A stretch of 64,000 nucleotides of DNA, taken from assembly GCA_030729045.1 (NCBI GenBank), contig JANQYF010000013.1, positions 33,480 to 97,479 of the forward strand. Direction: 5' to 3'. The notes under the pieces are model-generated. The model worked only from the letters and a program-made list of their open reading frames with translations, ran no database searches and was not told the DNA's origin. Each line of letters begins with the position of its first letter. Position 1 is the stretch's first letter. The DNA comes from Ilumatobacteraceae bacterium (GTDB lineage: Bacteria; Actinomycetota; Acidimicrobiia; Acidimicrobiales; Ilumatobacteraceae). Position numbers and translations under genes: made by a program. This document shows, piece after piece, positions 9,603 to 18,240 of the stretch.

Positions 9603-9629
9603 GAGAATGTGAATAGGGGGAATTGTTAA

Positions 9630-9734
9630 ATGATCGGAATTGAAGACATGCTTTTCTACATCACGTATGGTCTTGTCGCATTTGGCGCCTACTTAGTCGT
9701 CAAACATTTAGCCGAGAGCAAAAAAGACAAATAG
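9630..9734 (+). CDS. possible small membrane protein (34 aa)
   Basis: Hand-found ORF MIGIEDMLFYITYGLVAFGAYLVVKHLAESKKDK: one hydrophobic helix plus a basic tail. GGGGG lies 9 nt upstream of the ATG. It is too short for the ORF track. Confidence 0.3.
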   Translation: MIGIEDMLFYITYGLVAFGAYLVVKHLAESKKDK

Positions 9735-9770
9735 AAGTAAACTTTTGATCCTCGCCAATAATCCCGGTTG

Positions 9771-10343
9771 CTAGTTGTTGACTGATCCGTCAGGCATTGT
9801 GGCGCCGTTCAAGATTGTGCCTGACTGGATTGTGTTTGTCAGATCTGAACCCGTCAAATTTGAACAGAATAGGTCTGTGCCTGTGAGGTTTGCTCCTGTC
9901 AAGTTTGCGTTTTGCAAATGTGACAATGACAAATCAGTTCCTGTCAGATTTGCATCGCTTAAATCAGCGTATGACAGCCATACGCCCGACATGTTCGCAC
10001 CGCAAAGGTTTGCGCCACACAGAATTGCATGTTGAAAATCTGATCGGTAGAGCATCGCTCCAAATAAATTGGCGTTGGTTAAATTCGCACCCGAAAGGTC
10101 TGCAATTCCGGACATCGAGCGAAACAGATTTGCACCTGTCAGATTTGCACCCGAGAGATTTGCGCGAAACAAAGTTGCGCCGGAGAGATTTGCACCTGTC
10201 AGATTCGCACCTGTCAGATTTGCGTCTTTTAAGTACGCTTCTGTCAAATCAGCATGGGAAAGGTCAGCCCCAGCTAAATCGGCCCCTGCCTCAATGGAAT
10301 AACCGTTAACCATCATCCTGCAAAGGCTAGCGGGGACCATCAT
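9771..10343 (-). CDS. pentapeptide repeat-containing protein
   Basis: Continuous A(D/N)LxG-type pentapeptide repeats (ADLSGANLTGANLSGATLFRANLSGANL...). The longest ORF (to 10430) runs into tRNA-Glu, so the start is more likely Met at 10343 or 10316. Confidence 0.8.
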   Translation of the reverse strand: MMVPASLCRMMVNGYSIEAGADLAGADLSHADLTEAYLKDANLTGANLTGANLSGATLFRANLSGANLTGANLFRSMSGIADLSGANLTNANLFGAMLYRSDFQHAILCGANLCGANMSGVWLSYADLSDANLTGTDLSLSHLQNANLTGANLTGTDLFCSNLTGSDLTNTIQSGTILNGATMPDGSVNN

Positions 10344-10422
10344 TTGGATAAATCTGCGAATTCGACTGTTGTAGAGAGCGTTCCCAAACTGAGGCTCGCT
10401 CGGTAGAGTTCTATCGCTACTT

Positions 10423-10498
10423 GGCCCCATCGTCTAGTGGCCTAGGACACCACCCTCTCAAGGTGGCGGCACGGGTTCGAATCCCGTTGGGGCTGCCA
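10423..10498 (+). tRNA. tRNA-Glu (anticodon CTC), CCA encoded
   Basis: Hand-folded. Acceptor GGCCCCA/TGGGGCT; D arm GTCT-AGTGGCCTA-GGAC, typical of tRNA-Glu; anticodon stem CCACC/GGTGG with loop CTCTCAA; T arm ACGGG-TTCGAAT-CCCGT; G plus CCA. 76 nt. Confidence 0.9.
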
Positions 10499-10519
10499 AT
10501 TGATGAACTAGTTTTTTAG

Positions 10520-11311
10520 GTGATTGAAACTAGACCACTTCAGAATTTATTGAATCGATTTCGCCTAGCACTGTTGGCTCTGCCGGCAGTTTTCGCAGTC
10601 TTGGTTCTTCGATATGTCTTGCAGGAAGTGTTCGATATCGGCGAAGTGGCCACGTTTGGCGAAATCGGCTCTGTCATCACAGGCGTGACCTTGATTCTGG
10701 GTTTCATGCTTGGTGGAGTTCTTGGCGATTACAAAGAATCAGAGAAACTGCCCGCATCTGTTGCAGTTGCTCTCACGGGATTTCGTTCCACGGCACAATC
10801 TGGTTTATTGGCAAAAGATCTCGATGCATCGGTCATCAATGCACGTATTTCAAAGGTTGCGAATGCGATTGCAGGTTGGTTTGTCGGAACTAATTCAGAA
10901 GAAGAAATGTGGGCATCTCTGTCAGATTTTCCCGCGCTGATTGTGGATCTCGAAAAAGCAGGAATGGCGTCGCATTATGTTGGGCGTTTGATGGTGCTCA
11001 ATGGCGAGATAAATGCAACCTTGAACAGAGTTGCAGTAGTTCGCAATACCTCATTTGTGCAATCGGGTTATGTCTTGATGACAATATTGGTCCTCGTACT
11101 ACAGGGGTCTCTTGCTATCGTCAGTTTTCCATCGCCAATCATGTCGTGGATTGCGCCTTCAGTTCTTAGTCTTGCCTACGCCTACTTATGGCTACTGGTG
11201 CGCGATCTTGATAATCCGTTTGGACACGGCGAGAATGACGGCAAGGGCAGCGGAGCCGACGTTGATATCACGCCATTGTTAAATGTTGTGCGAGCATTAA
11301 GTATCCATTGA
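10520..11311 (+). CDS. membrane protein, possibly bestrophin/UPF0187-like
   Basis: 263-aa ORF with a GTG start. Two N-terminal and two C-terminal hydrophobic segments flank a helical region, and a C-terminal RDLDNPFG motif recalls bacterial bestrophin homologues. The family assignment is tentative. Confidence 0.5.
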   Translation: MIETRPLQNLLNRFRLALLALPAVFAVLVLRYVLQEVFDIGEVATFGEIGSVITGVTLILGFMLGGVLGDYKESEKLPASVAVALTGFRSTAQSGLLAKDLDASVINARISKVANAIAGWFVGTNSEEEMWASLSDFPALIVDLEKAGMASHYVGRLMVLNGEINATLNRVAVVRNTSFVQSGYVLMTILVLVLQGSLAIVSFPSPIMSWIAPSVLSLAYAYLWLLVRDLDNPFGHGENDGKGSGADVDITPLLNVVRALSIH

Positions 11312-11355
11312 AATTTGACATTTTTTCTGTTGTACATTTATACGCGGGGGGATAA

Positions 11356-12906
11356 ATGTTTTCACGTATTACAGCACAACAACATCCAGATAGGCCTGCC
11401 ATTGTCATGGCTTCAACGGGGCAGATCATCACACACGCTGAGCATGAGGCGGGGGCTAATCGACTCGCACACGCCCTTCGTCGTCATGGGCTGGGAAAAG
11501 GTGATCACTTTGCTCTATTCATGGAAAATAACAATAAGTTTTTAGAAATCTGTGCGGCTGGAGAAAGATCAGGTTTGTATTTCACGCCAATAAATTCCTA
11601 TCTGACTGCGGATGAATTGGCCTACATCGTTCAGAACAGCCAATCACAAGTACTTATCGTGTCGAAGGCCAAAAGAGAAATCGCAGCTGCAGCGCTAGAA
11701 CAATGTCCAGATATTTCCCTACAGGTAATGATTGACGCTGGTGACGATGACCCGCTGTTTGTTGACTATGAATCTTTTGTGAAAGACGAATCAGCGCTTC
11801 CGATAAGTGATGAAAACCTAGGCATTGCAATGTTGTATTCGTCTGGAACAACTGGGCGCCCAAAGGGAATTTTGCGGCCAATGCCAGACAGTGGACCAGA
11901 TTCTCCGTTACCGCTGTGGGGTTTTCTGGACAATTTGTGGAAATACGAAGACGGTATGACGTATTTGTCACCGGCACCGATGTACCACTCTGCACCACAA
12001 GCAGCTGTCGGTCTTACTTTGCGTCGCGGTGGCACTGTAGTTGTGATGGAGAATTTTGATCCGGAACAGTATTTAAAGCTTGTCGAGCAATACAAAATCA
12101 CCCATAGCCAACTGGTGCCAACAATGTTTAGCCGAATGTTGAAATTGCCAGAAGAAGTGCAACGTAAATATGACCTGTCATCCTTGAAGGTCGCAGTGCA
12201 TGCAGCTGCTCCATGCCCCGTGCCTGTGAAAGAAAAAATGATCGAGTGGTGGGGCCCAATAATCGAGGAGTATTACGGAGCTACCGAGGGCCTGGGTTTT
12301 GCAGCATGTGATAGCGCGCAGTGGCTTGCACACGTGGGAACAGTGGGCAAGGTGCTGATAGGTGAGTTGCATATCTTGGACGATGATATGAATCCGTTGC
12401 CTCAAGGAGAGCCCGGGACCCTGTGGTTTAAGGCAGCGACAGCTTTTTCTTATTTCAATGACGTAGAGAAGACAAAAGAATCAACATCTGCAGATGGAGT
12501 TCTCACAACAGTGGGGGACGTGGGGTATCTCGACGCAGATGGATATTTATTTCTTACGGATCGTGCGACATTCATGATTATTTCGGGAGGTGTCAATATT
12601 TACCCGCAGGAAAGTGAGAACTTGTTGATTACTCACCCGAAAGTTGCAGACGCTGCAGTATTCGGTGTTCCGAATGTTGACCTAGGTGAAGAAGTAAAGG
12701 GAGTCGTACAACTGATGCCTGGAATAGAGGCAAGTGGTGCGATTGAACGCGAGTTGATTGATTTTTGTAATGAGCATTTGGCCAGACAGAAGTGTCCTCG
12801 ATCGATTGATTTTGTTACAGAGTTTCCCCGACTACCCACAGGGAAGTTGTATAAAAAACCATTGAGAGATAAGTACTGGGCCGACAAGAAAAGTCGGATT
12901 GTCTAA
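11356..12906 (+). CDS. acyl-CoA synthetase (AMP-binding, FadD-like)
   Basis: 516-aa ORF with the YSSGTTGRPKG AMP-binding signature, YGATEG, GDVGYLDADGYLFLTDR and PTGKLYK. GGGGGGA precedes the ATG. Confidence 0.9.
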   Translation: MFSRITAQQHPDRPAIVMASTGQIITHAEHEAGANRLAHALRRHGLGKGDHFALFMENNNKFLEICAAGERSGLYFTPINSYLTADELAYIVQNSQSQVLIVSKAKREIAAAALEQCPDISLQVMIDAGDDDPLFVDYESFVKDESALPISDENLGIAMLYSSGTTGRPKGILRPMPDSGPDSPLPLWGFLDNLWKYEDGMTYLSPAPMYHSAPQAAVGLTLRRGGTVVVMENFDPEQYLKLVEQYKITHSQLVPTMFSRMLKLPEEVQRKYDLSSLKVAVHAAAPCPVPVKEKMIEWWGPIIEEYYGATEGLGFAACDSAQWLAHVGTVGKVLIGELHILDDDMNPLPQGEPGTLWFKAATAFSYFNDVEKTKESTSADGVLTTVGDVGYLDADGYLFLTDRATFMIISGGVNIYPQESENLLITHPKVADAAVFGVPNVDLGEEVKGVVQLMPGIEASGAIERELIDFCNEHLARQKCPRSIDFVTEFPRLPTGKLYKKPLRDKYWADKKSRIV

Positions 12907-13046
12907 TCTGCCAATTACCTCATAGATACTCATCATCATATTTAGTCAAGTTATGTGGGGTAGCCGGTTGAGAACAGCAAGCAAATGGCTCTCTTTGGGC
13001 AGTGATTGACTGATTCTTCGATCTGTCGAGTGTCAGACTGGAAGTT

Positions 13047-13868
13047 ATGTTCTCTGGTCTCTTATCTATTCCTCAAGCGGTGCTTCTGGGAATAGTTGAA
13101 GGAATTACTGAATTCCTACCCGTCTCGTCTACGGGACATCTACTTGTAGTGGGTGAGCTCATCGGATTCGGATCTGGATCATCGAGTGCAGCAGATACCT
13201 ATTCCATTGCGATTCAATTCGGAGCAATTCTTGCAGTCTTGCTTTTGTATCGCCATCGTGTGTGGTCTGCAGCGCGAGGTCTTGTTGGTGCGGATGCAGA
13301 TGGTCGAGCTTTTCTGATTCGATTAGTCGTTGCTTTCCTGCCCGCCGCTTTCATTGGTGTTGTTGCTGGGGATGCAATGAAGAGCGCCCTATTCGGCCCA
13401 GTACCAGTAACTATTGCGTGGCTAGTCGGAGGAGTGGTGCTTCTGGTGTGGAAACCAACAGTTGGAACAGTGGCTCTTCACGAAATGTCGATACGAGCAG
13501 CAGTCATTATTGGATGTGCTCAAAGTCTGGCGCTGTGGCCAGGAGTAAGCAGAAGTCTTGTCACGCTTATTGCTGCTCTTGCAGTTGGCTTATCGATGTC
13601 GGCCGCAATCGAGTTCAGTTTTTTGCTTGGGCTTGTCACATTGTCATCTGCGACTGCACTCGACTTAACAAAACATGGAAGTGAATTGGTTGACCAGTTC
13701 GGATTACTTGCCCCGGCAATCGGTCTCATCTGTGCATTCCTTACTGCTGTCATTGCAGTGAAGTGGATGGTTGGGTACTTAGAGTCACATTCTCTGCGGA
13801 TATTCGGTTGGTATCGCCTGGCGATAGGTGCCGTTTCAGTGGTTCTTCTTGCCACAAATGTCTTGTAG
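13047..13868 (+). CDS. uppP: undecaprenyl-diphosphate phosphatase
   Basis: 273-aa polytopic ORF with the BacA/UppP signature GIVEGITEFLPVSSTGHL near the N-terminus. Confidence 0.9.
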   Translation: MFSGLLSIPQAVLLGIVEGITEFLPVSSTGHLLVVGELIGFGSGSSSAADTYSIAIQFGAILAVLLLYRHRVWSAARGLVGADADGRAFLIRLVVAFLPAAFIGVVAGDAMKSALFGPVPVTIAWLVGGVVLLVWKPTVGTVALHEMSIRAAVIIGCAQSLALWPGVSRSLVTLIAALAVGLSMSAAIEFSFLLGLVTLSSATALDLTKHGSELVDQFGLLAPAIGLICAFLTAVIAVKWMVGYLESHSLRIFGWYRLAIGAVSVVLLATNVL

Positions 13869-13896
13869 GTATTAGCGGGGCGCCTACCATGGGCGA

Positions 13897-15255
13897 ATGG
13901 CACGCATCGTATTCATAGGTGCTGGAAGCACAGTATTTGCGCGCAATCTCATGGGCGACATTCTCAGTTTTCCTGAACTGTCGTCGAGCACCATTGTCTT
14001 GCATGACATCAATGAAGAACGACTGCGTACTTCTGAGATTGTTGGGCACAAGATAGTTGAAACTCTCGGCGTGCCGGCCACGATTGAAGCAACTACTGAT
14101 CGACGGGCAGCTTTAGCTGGTGCGAATTATGTCATCACAATGTTTCAAGTTGGTGGGTACAAGCCATCGACTGTGATTGATTTTGAGATTCCCAAGAAAT
14201 ACGGACTGGAACAGACAATCGCTGACACATTGGGGGTTGGTGGAATTATGCGAGGCCTTCGCACTATTCCTGTGATCCTTGATATTTGCCGCGATATGGA
14301 AGAGCTATGCCCTGATGCTCTTTTGCTGAATTATGTGAATCCGATGAGCATGTTGTGTTGGGCAATTTCTCGTTCATCTACAATCAAAACAATTGGCTTG
14401 TGCCACAGCGTGCAACACACTGCGCATCAGTTGGCTGAAGACTTAGAGATTGATGCTGACTCGATTGAGTATCGATGTGCCGGAATTAATCACATGGCTT
14501 TCTATTTGAATTTTGAGCAGCGACAAGGAAATGAACTTGTAGATCTGTACCCGCGTATTGCAGAGCGGGCATCTGTCTTTCCCATGCCAACTCGTGGCGA
14601 TGTAGAGCGTAGTGATGGTGGTTTCGAGGGGTTATCAGATGCCGTGCGATATGAAATGTTTAAGCGCCTTGGATATTTCGTCACTGAATCGAGCGAACAT
14701 TTCAGTGAGTACGTGCCCTGGTTTATCAAGAGTGGACGTTCTGACTTATTAGACAAGTTTGGAATTCCACTTGATGAATACCCACGGCGCTGTGAGCGCC
14801 AGATTGAAGGCTGGGAAACATTGCGTACCCGGTTAGAGAACCCGGAATCACGCGTACGTGTTGTGCAAAGCATGGAGTACGGCAGCGGCATCATTCACAG
14901 TATGGAAACTGGGCAATCTCGAGTCGTGTATGGCAATGTGCCGAACAGGGGCATCATCAGCAACCTTCCGGATGATTGCTGTGTTGAAGTTCCATGCGTT
15001 GTCGACTCTTCCGGTATTACCCCAACTCACATTGGGGCATTACCTCCACACCTTGCAGCATTGATGCAAACCAATATCAACGTTCAGTCTCTTACGGTGG
15101 AAGCAGCGTTGACTGGGAAACGTGAGCACGTGTATCACGCAGCAATGTTTGATCCGCACACTGCAGCAGAACTTGATTTAGACCAGATTTGGGCACTGGT
15201 TGACGAGTTGCTTGCAGCTCACCGAGGAATGGTTCCCGAGGCTCTCTTTTCCTAA
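13897..15255 (+). CDS. glycoside hydrolase family 4 (alpha-glucosidase/alpha-galactosidase type)
   Basis: 452-aa ORF with an N-terminal NAD-binding [21 protein letters not shown], and the GLCHS motif typical of GH4 enzymes. Confidence 0.85.
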   Translation: MARIVFIGAGSTVFARNLMGDILSFPELSSSTIVLHDINEERLRTSEIVGHKIVETLGVPATIEATTDRRAALAGANYVITMFQVGGYKPSTVIDFEIPKKYGLEQTIADTLGVGGIMRGLRTIPVILDICRDMEELCPDALLLNYVNPMSMLCWAISRSSTIKTIGLCHSVQHTAHQLAEDLEIDADSIEYRCAGINHMAFYLNFEQRQGNELVDLYPRIAERASVFPMPTRGDVERSDGGFEGLSDAVRYEMFKRLGYFVTESSEHFSEYVPWFIKSGRSDLLDKFGIPLDEYPRRCERQIEGWETLRTRLENPESRVRVVQSMEYGSGIIHSMETGQSRVVYGNVPNRGIISNLPDDCCVEVPCVVDSSGITPTHIGALPPHLAALMQTNINVQSLTVEAALTGKREHVYHAAMFDPHTAAELDLDQIWALVDELLAAHRGMVPEALFS

Positions 15256-15258
15256 GTC

Positions 15259-16188
15259 TTATACGAAGGGCATTACTTCTTCGGCAACAAGATCTAAGTG
15301 ATCAAGATCAGCAAGGTCAAGAAACTGTAAGTACATCCGTTGAGCTCCTGCAGCGTTCCATTGTTGTAGCCGTTCTATGGCTTCAGCCGGCGTGCCGCAT
15401 AATCCATTAAGACGCAGCTCTTCAACTTCGCGGCCAAGTGCTGCAGCGCGGCGAGCAATATCTGCATCGTTCTTTCCGATGCATGCAACGAGCGCTGATG
15501 AATACACCAGGCTCTGTGGGTCGCGCCCAATAGAAGTACATGCAGCGCGTACTCGCTCGCACTGTTCTGAGAATCGTTCGATGCCAGAGAAGGGAATGTT
15601 GAACTCTGCTGCATAACGCGCGGCCAACATGGGTGTGCGCTTTGGTCCACCTCCACCAACGATGATTGGCGGGGGAGACTGCACTGGCTTTGGTAGGGCA
15701 GGGGAGTTTGCAATTGTGTAGTGCTTGCCTGAGTAATTGAATTGCTCACCGTTAGGGGTATTCCATAATCCGGTAATCACTGCGAGCTGTTCTGTCAAGA
15801 TGTCGAAGCGTTCACCTAATGGTGCGAATGGAATGCCGTACGAGGAATGTTCAACTCCGTACCAGCCCGCGCCAAGACCAAGTTCGACTCGACCATTCGA
15901 CATGTCGTCAACATTGGCAACGCTGATTGCTAGTACTCCTGGGTTACGAAACGTTGCAGAGTTCACCAAAGTGCCGAGACGAATAGTCGACGTTTCGCGT
16001 GCGATGCCGGCAAGCGTGATCCATGCATCAGATGGTCCGGGAAGGCCTGAGAAATGATCGCCCATCACTTGGTAGTGGTCACTACGAAAGAATGCATCGA
16101 AGCCGAGGCGTTCAGCGCGTTGTGCGACTGCGAGAAGTTGGGCGTAGCTAGCGCCTTGTTGTGGTTCGGTAAAGATGCGTAGTTTCAC
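15259..16188 (-). CDS. LLM class F420-dependent oxidoreductase (Rv1855c-like clade)
   Basis: 309-aa ORF. MKLRIFTEPQQGASYAQLL...FFRSDHY and the luciferase-like TIM-barrel pattern match that clade. Confidence 0.85.
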   Translation of the reverse strand: MKLRIFTEPQQGASYAQLLAVAQRAERLGFDAFFRSDHYQVMGDHFSGLPGPSDAWITLAGIARETSTIRLGTLVNSATFRNPGVLAISVANVDDMSNGRVELGLGAGWYGVEHSSYGIPFAPLGERFDILTEQLAVITGLWNTPNGEQFNYSGKHYTIANSPALPKPVQSPPPIIVGGGGPKRTPMLAARYAAEFNIPFSGIERFSEQCERVRAACTSIGRDPQSLVYSSALVACIGKNDADIARRAAALGREVEELRLNGLCGTPAEAIERLQQWNAAGAQRMYLQFLDLADLDHLDLVAEEVMPFV

Positions 16189-16200
16189 GAAATCAATCTA

Positions 16201-16932
16201 TTACCCAACAACTGTGGTGGTTGTAGTTGGATCTGTAGTTGTGGCGGGAGTCGGTATTGTCGTGGTTGTTGTAGTTGTCGTGGTCGAAGTTGTGCTTGAT
16301 GTGCCGTAGCCATAATGGGCATCAAGAGCCTTCTTTATGTGGCGAGCCAACTGCAATCCGCCGAAACGGTTCATATGCACTGAATCACCAGAAAACCAGT
16401 GCTTATTTCTGCGGGAAATCTTGTTCCAGTCGAGCAATTCCATTTGCAGTTTCTTTTGCTCTTTTCGAACAATGTCATTGAACATTCTGTTCTTGATTTT
16501 AACATTGCCGTTTTCGCGGTATGTGAGCCAGATGAGTGTGGCTCCCTGTGATTTCACTTCACGAGCAACTTTTCTAATGGCGGCACTGAGATAGGCGTTG
16601 CCAGTGTCGTTGTAGCCCGTTGCAACTACGTATACATCAATGTTGTCTCGGCGATGACTAACGATTCTGTCAAGTGCGCTGAGTTGTGAGGAAGGACTGC
16701 ACCCTTTGTCGATTATTTGTTGACAACCCCATGTCTCAAGAATTGCATTGTATTGACTGCTCCATAAAGGTTTCATCGATTCGGGTGCCCAGCGAAGGAC
16801 GTTGGCAACAGAATCACCGACAATGACAACATTGCTTGTTTTGCGTGTTGCATGCGCTGTAGGCGGTACACACAAAACGGCAACAAGTGAGAGAAAGACA
16901 ACACCAATTCGAAGTCGTGCGAAAGTTGGCAT
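16201..16932 (-). CDS. secreted SGNH/GDSL hydrolase with Thr-rich C-terminal tail
   Basis: Met at 16932 gives a signal-peptide-like N-terminus (MPTFARLRIGVVFLSLVAVLCVPPTAHA). SGNH blocks are VIVGDSVA, ATGYNDTG and DSVHM. The tail contains nine consecutive Thr. The longer ORF-track version (to 17172) would overlap the upstream gene. Confidence 0.7.
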   Translation of the reverse strand: MPTFARLRIGVVFLSLVAVLCVPPTAHATRKTSNVVIVGDSVANVLRWAPESMKPLWSSQYNAILETWGCQQIIDKGCSPSSQLSALDRIVSHRRDNIDVYVVATGYNDTGNAYLSAAIRKVAREVKSQGATLIWLTYRENGNVKIKNRMFNDIVRKEQKKLQMELLDWNKISRRNKHWFSGDSVHMNRFGGLQLARHIKKALDAHYGYGTSSTTSTTTTTTTTTIPTPATTTDPTTTTTVVG

Positions 16933-16942
16933 ACCCGTAACT

Positions 16943-17377
16943 CTATGCGGTGATAACAGACCAATCATGATGGAGACTCTGCAGTTGTTCTGGAAGCCGA
17001 ATGAGGTGGCGTTGCGAGATATGCGGCAAGACAGTGCGAACTGCAATTGCATTATTGAGCGCAGAAGGAATTTGGTGACTGACTCCAAACATGATGCAAC
17101 GTTGCATGGCCCGTGTAAATGGATTATGGCGTCCTTCTGTGCAGGCCACCCCAATGCATCGTGCAAGTTCATTCATGTCAATGGAGTAGCCGTTCGGTTC
17201 ATGTTCAAGACCAGTAGCGAGACGACGTAAGAGCCATGTGGCTGTTGGTCCGAGGACAGGGAGCCAGAACATCTCGACGTAGGGATCGCCAATTGAAAAA
17301 CCGCTCGTCTCGATAATGGGGTCGTGCCATGGGCGAACCTCGAGCTGCCCGTTTGTCTGCAATGTGGATGGTTTCAT
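16943..17377 (-). CDS. conserved-looking hypothetical protein
   Basis: ORF 16943..17419. Met at 17377 is preceded by GAGGA. No motif recognised. The segment WLPVLGPTATWLLRRL could belong to a helix-turn-helix-like fold, which is speculative. Confidence 0.5.
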   Translation of the reverse strand: MKPSTLQTNGQLEVRPWHDPIIETSGFSIGDPYVEMFWLPVLGPTATWLLRRLATGLEHEPNGYSIDMNELARCIGVACTEGRHNPFTRAMQRCIMFGVSHQIPSALNNAIAVRTVLPHISQRHLIRLPEQLQSLHHDWSVITA

Positions 17378-17436
17378 GATTCCTCGAATTCGTGTTGGTA
17401 CTTGTCTATGTGTGCGCATCAGGCAGAATAAGGACA

Positions 17437-18222
17437 GTGAATGAGGAACAAATCTCTGCTACCGACCTTGAGCAGGTTTCGCAATGGTTAAAAGACGCAG
17501 AACGAATCGTGGCGTTTACCGGAGCTGGTATTTCGACGGATTCAGGCATCCCTGATTTTCGGGGTCCGAACGGGCTGTGGGTTCGTAATCCCTTGGCAGA
17601 AAAGACTTCGACGTTGAGTTATTACTTAAATGACCCTGAAGTACGGAAAGTTGCTTGGGAAGGTCGCGTGCGAAACTTCAATGGCACTGCTCAACCAAAT
17701 GATGGTCATCGCGCACTCGTTCACATGCAGCGTGCCGGGAAACTGTCTGCAGTGATTACACAAAATGTTGATGGGTTGCATCAGGACTCAGGTATCGAGC
17801 CGGTCAATGTTGTGGAAGTGCACGGCACAATAAAGTTCGGCCGTTGTTGGGATTGCAAAGATCGTCGACCAATGAAGTATTTCATCGAACGCGTGATTGC
17901 TGGAGAGGAAGACCCACATTGTGAACTGTGTGGTGGGGTGGTGAAGAGCGATGCCATTTTGTTCGAACAGGCTCTTGTGCCTGAAGTGATCGACAGGGCA
18001 TTCGATGAAGCAGGGCGGTGCGACGTGCTTTTGGCGGTGGGTTCTACGTTGGCCGTTGGTCCGGCGAACCAGGTGGTGCCACGGGCCAAGGCTGGTGGCG
18101 CGAAGGTGGTCATTGTGAATGGCGATACGACCCATATGGACGGCTATGCGCACGTGCTGTTGCGGGGCAGCATTAGCCCTATATTGCAAGCTCTGGTGGC
18201 TAGTGCTGGATTCCTGACTTAG
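17437..18222 (+). CDS. cobB: NAD-dependent protein deacylase, Sir2 family
   Basis: FTGAGISTDSGIPDFRG, QNVDGLH, catalytic EVHG, and the two Cys pairs of the Zn ribbon (CWDC ... CELCGG). The start is uncertain (GTG 17392, 17410 or 17437). Confidence 0.88.
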   Translation: MNEEQISATDLEQVSQWLKDAERIVAFTGAGISTDSGIPDFRGPNGLWVRNPLAEKTSTLSYYLNDPEVRKVAWEGRVRNFNGTAQPNDGHRALVHMQRAGKLSAVITQNVDGLHQDSGIEPVNVVEVHGTIKFGRCWDCKDRRPMKYFIERVIAGEEDPHCELCGGVVKSDAILFEQALVPEVIDRAFDEAGRCDVLLAVGSTLAVGPANQVVPRAKAGGAKVVIVNGDTTHMDGYAHVLLRGSISPILQALVASAGFLT

Positions 18223-18240
18223 TCGGTAGGGTTTTGGGTC

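Noticed and set aside
9775-10309. Plus-strand ORFs with striking RFAPVRFAPERFA repeats (9775-10035, 9890-10309, 10069-10302).
   Set aside because: They are antisense mirror images of the pentapeptide-repeat gene. The periodic 15-nt coding repeat keeps other frames open, and the minus-strand frame gives the textbook A(D/N)LxG repeat.
7557-10422. The tRNA-flanked segment as an integrated mobile element or genomic island.
   Set aside because: There is no integrase, recombinase, transposase or phage gene. I saw no duplicated tRNA 3' fragment. Gene style and compactness match the flanks. It is kept only as a low-interest synteny observation.
16204-16302. The Thr-tail coding DNA (also 35854-35976) as a tandem repeat, microsatellite or CRISPR-like array.
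   Set aside because: There is no fixed repeat unit or spacer structure. All four Thr codons are interspersed, so the periodicity lies at the amino-acid level only.
17437-18222. The Sir2-domain gene as a possible anti-phage NADase (Thoeris, DSR or SIR2-HerA-like).
   Set aside because: It has the full canonical sirtuin motif set (GAGISTDSGIPDFRG, QNVDGLH, catalytic His, four-Cys Zn ribbon) at the typical ~260-aa CobB size. There are no fused or adjacent effector or sensor partners (HerA, TIR, SLOG, Argonaute). Housekeeping deacylase is the simplest reading.
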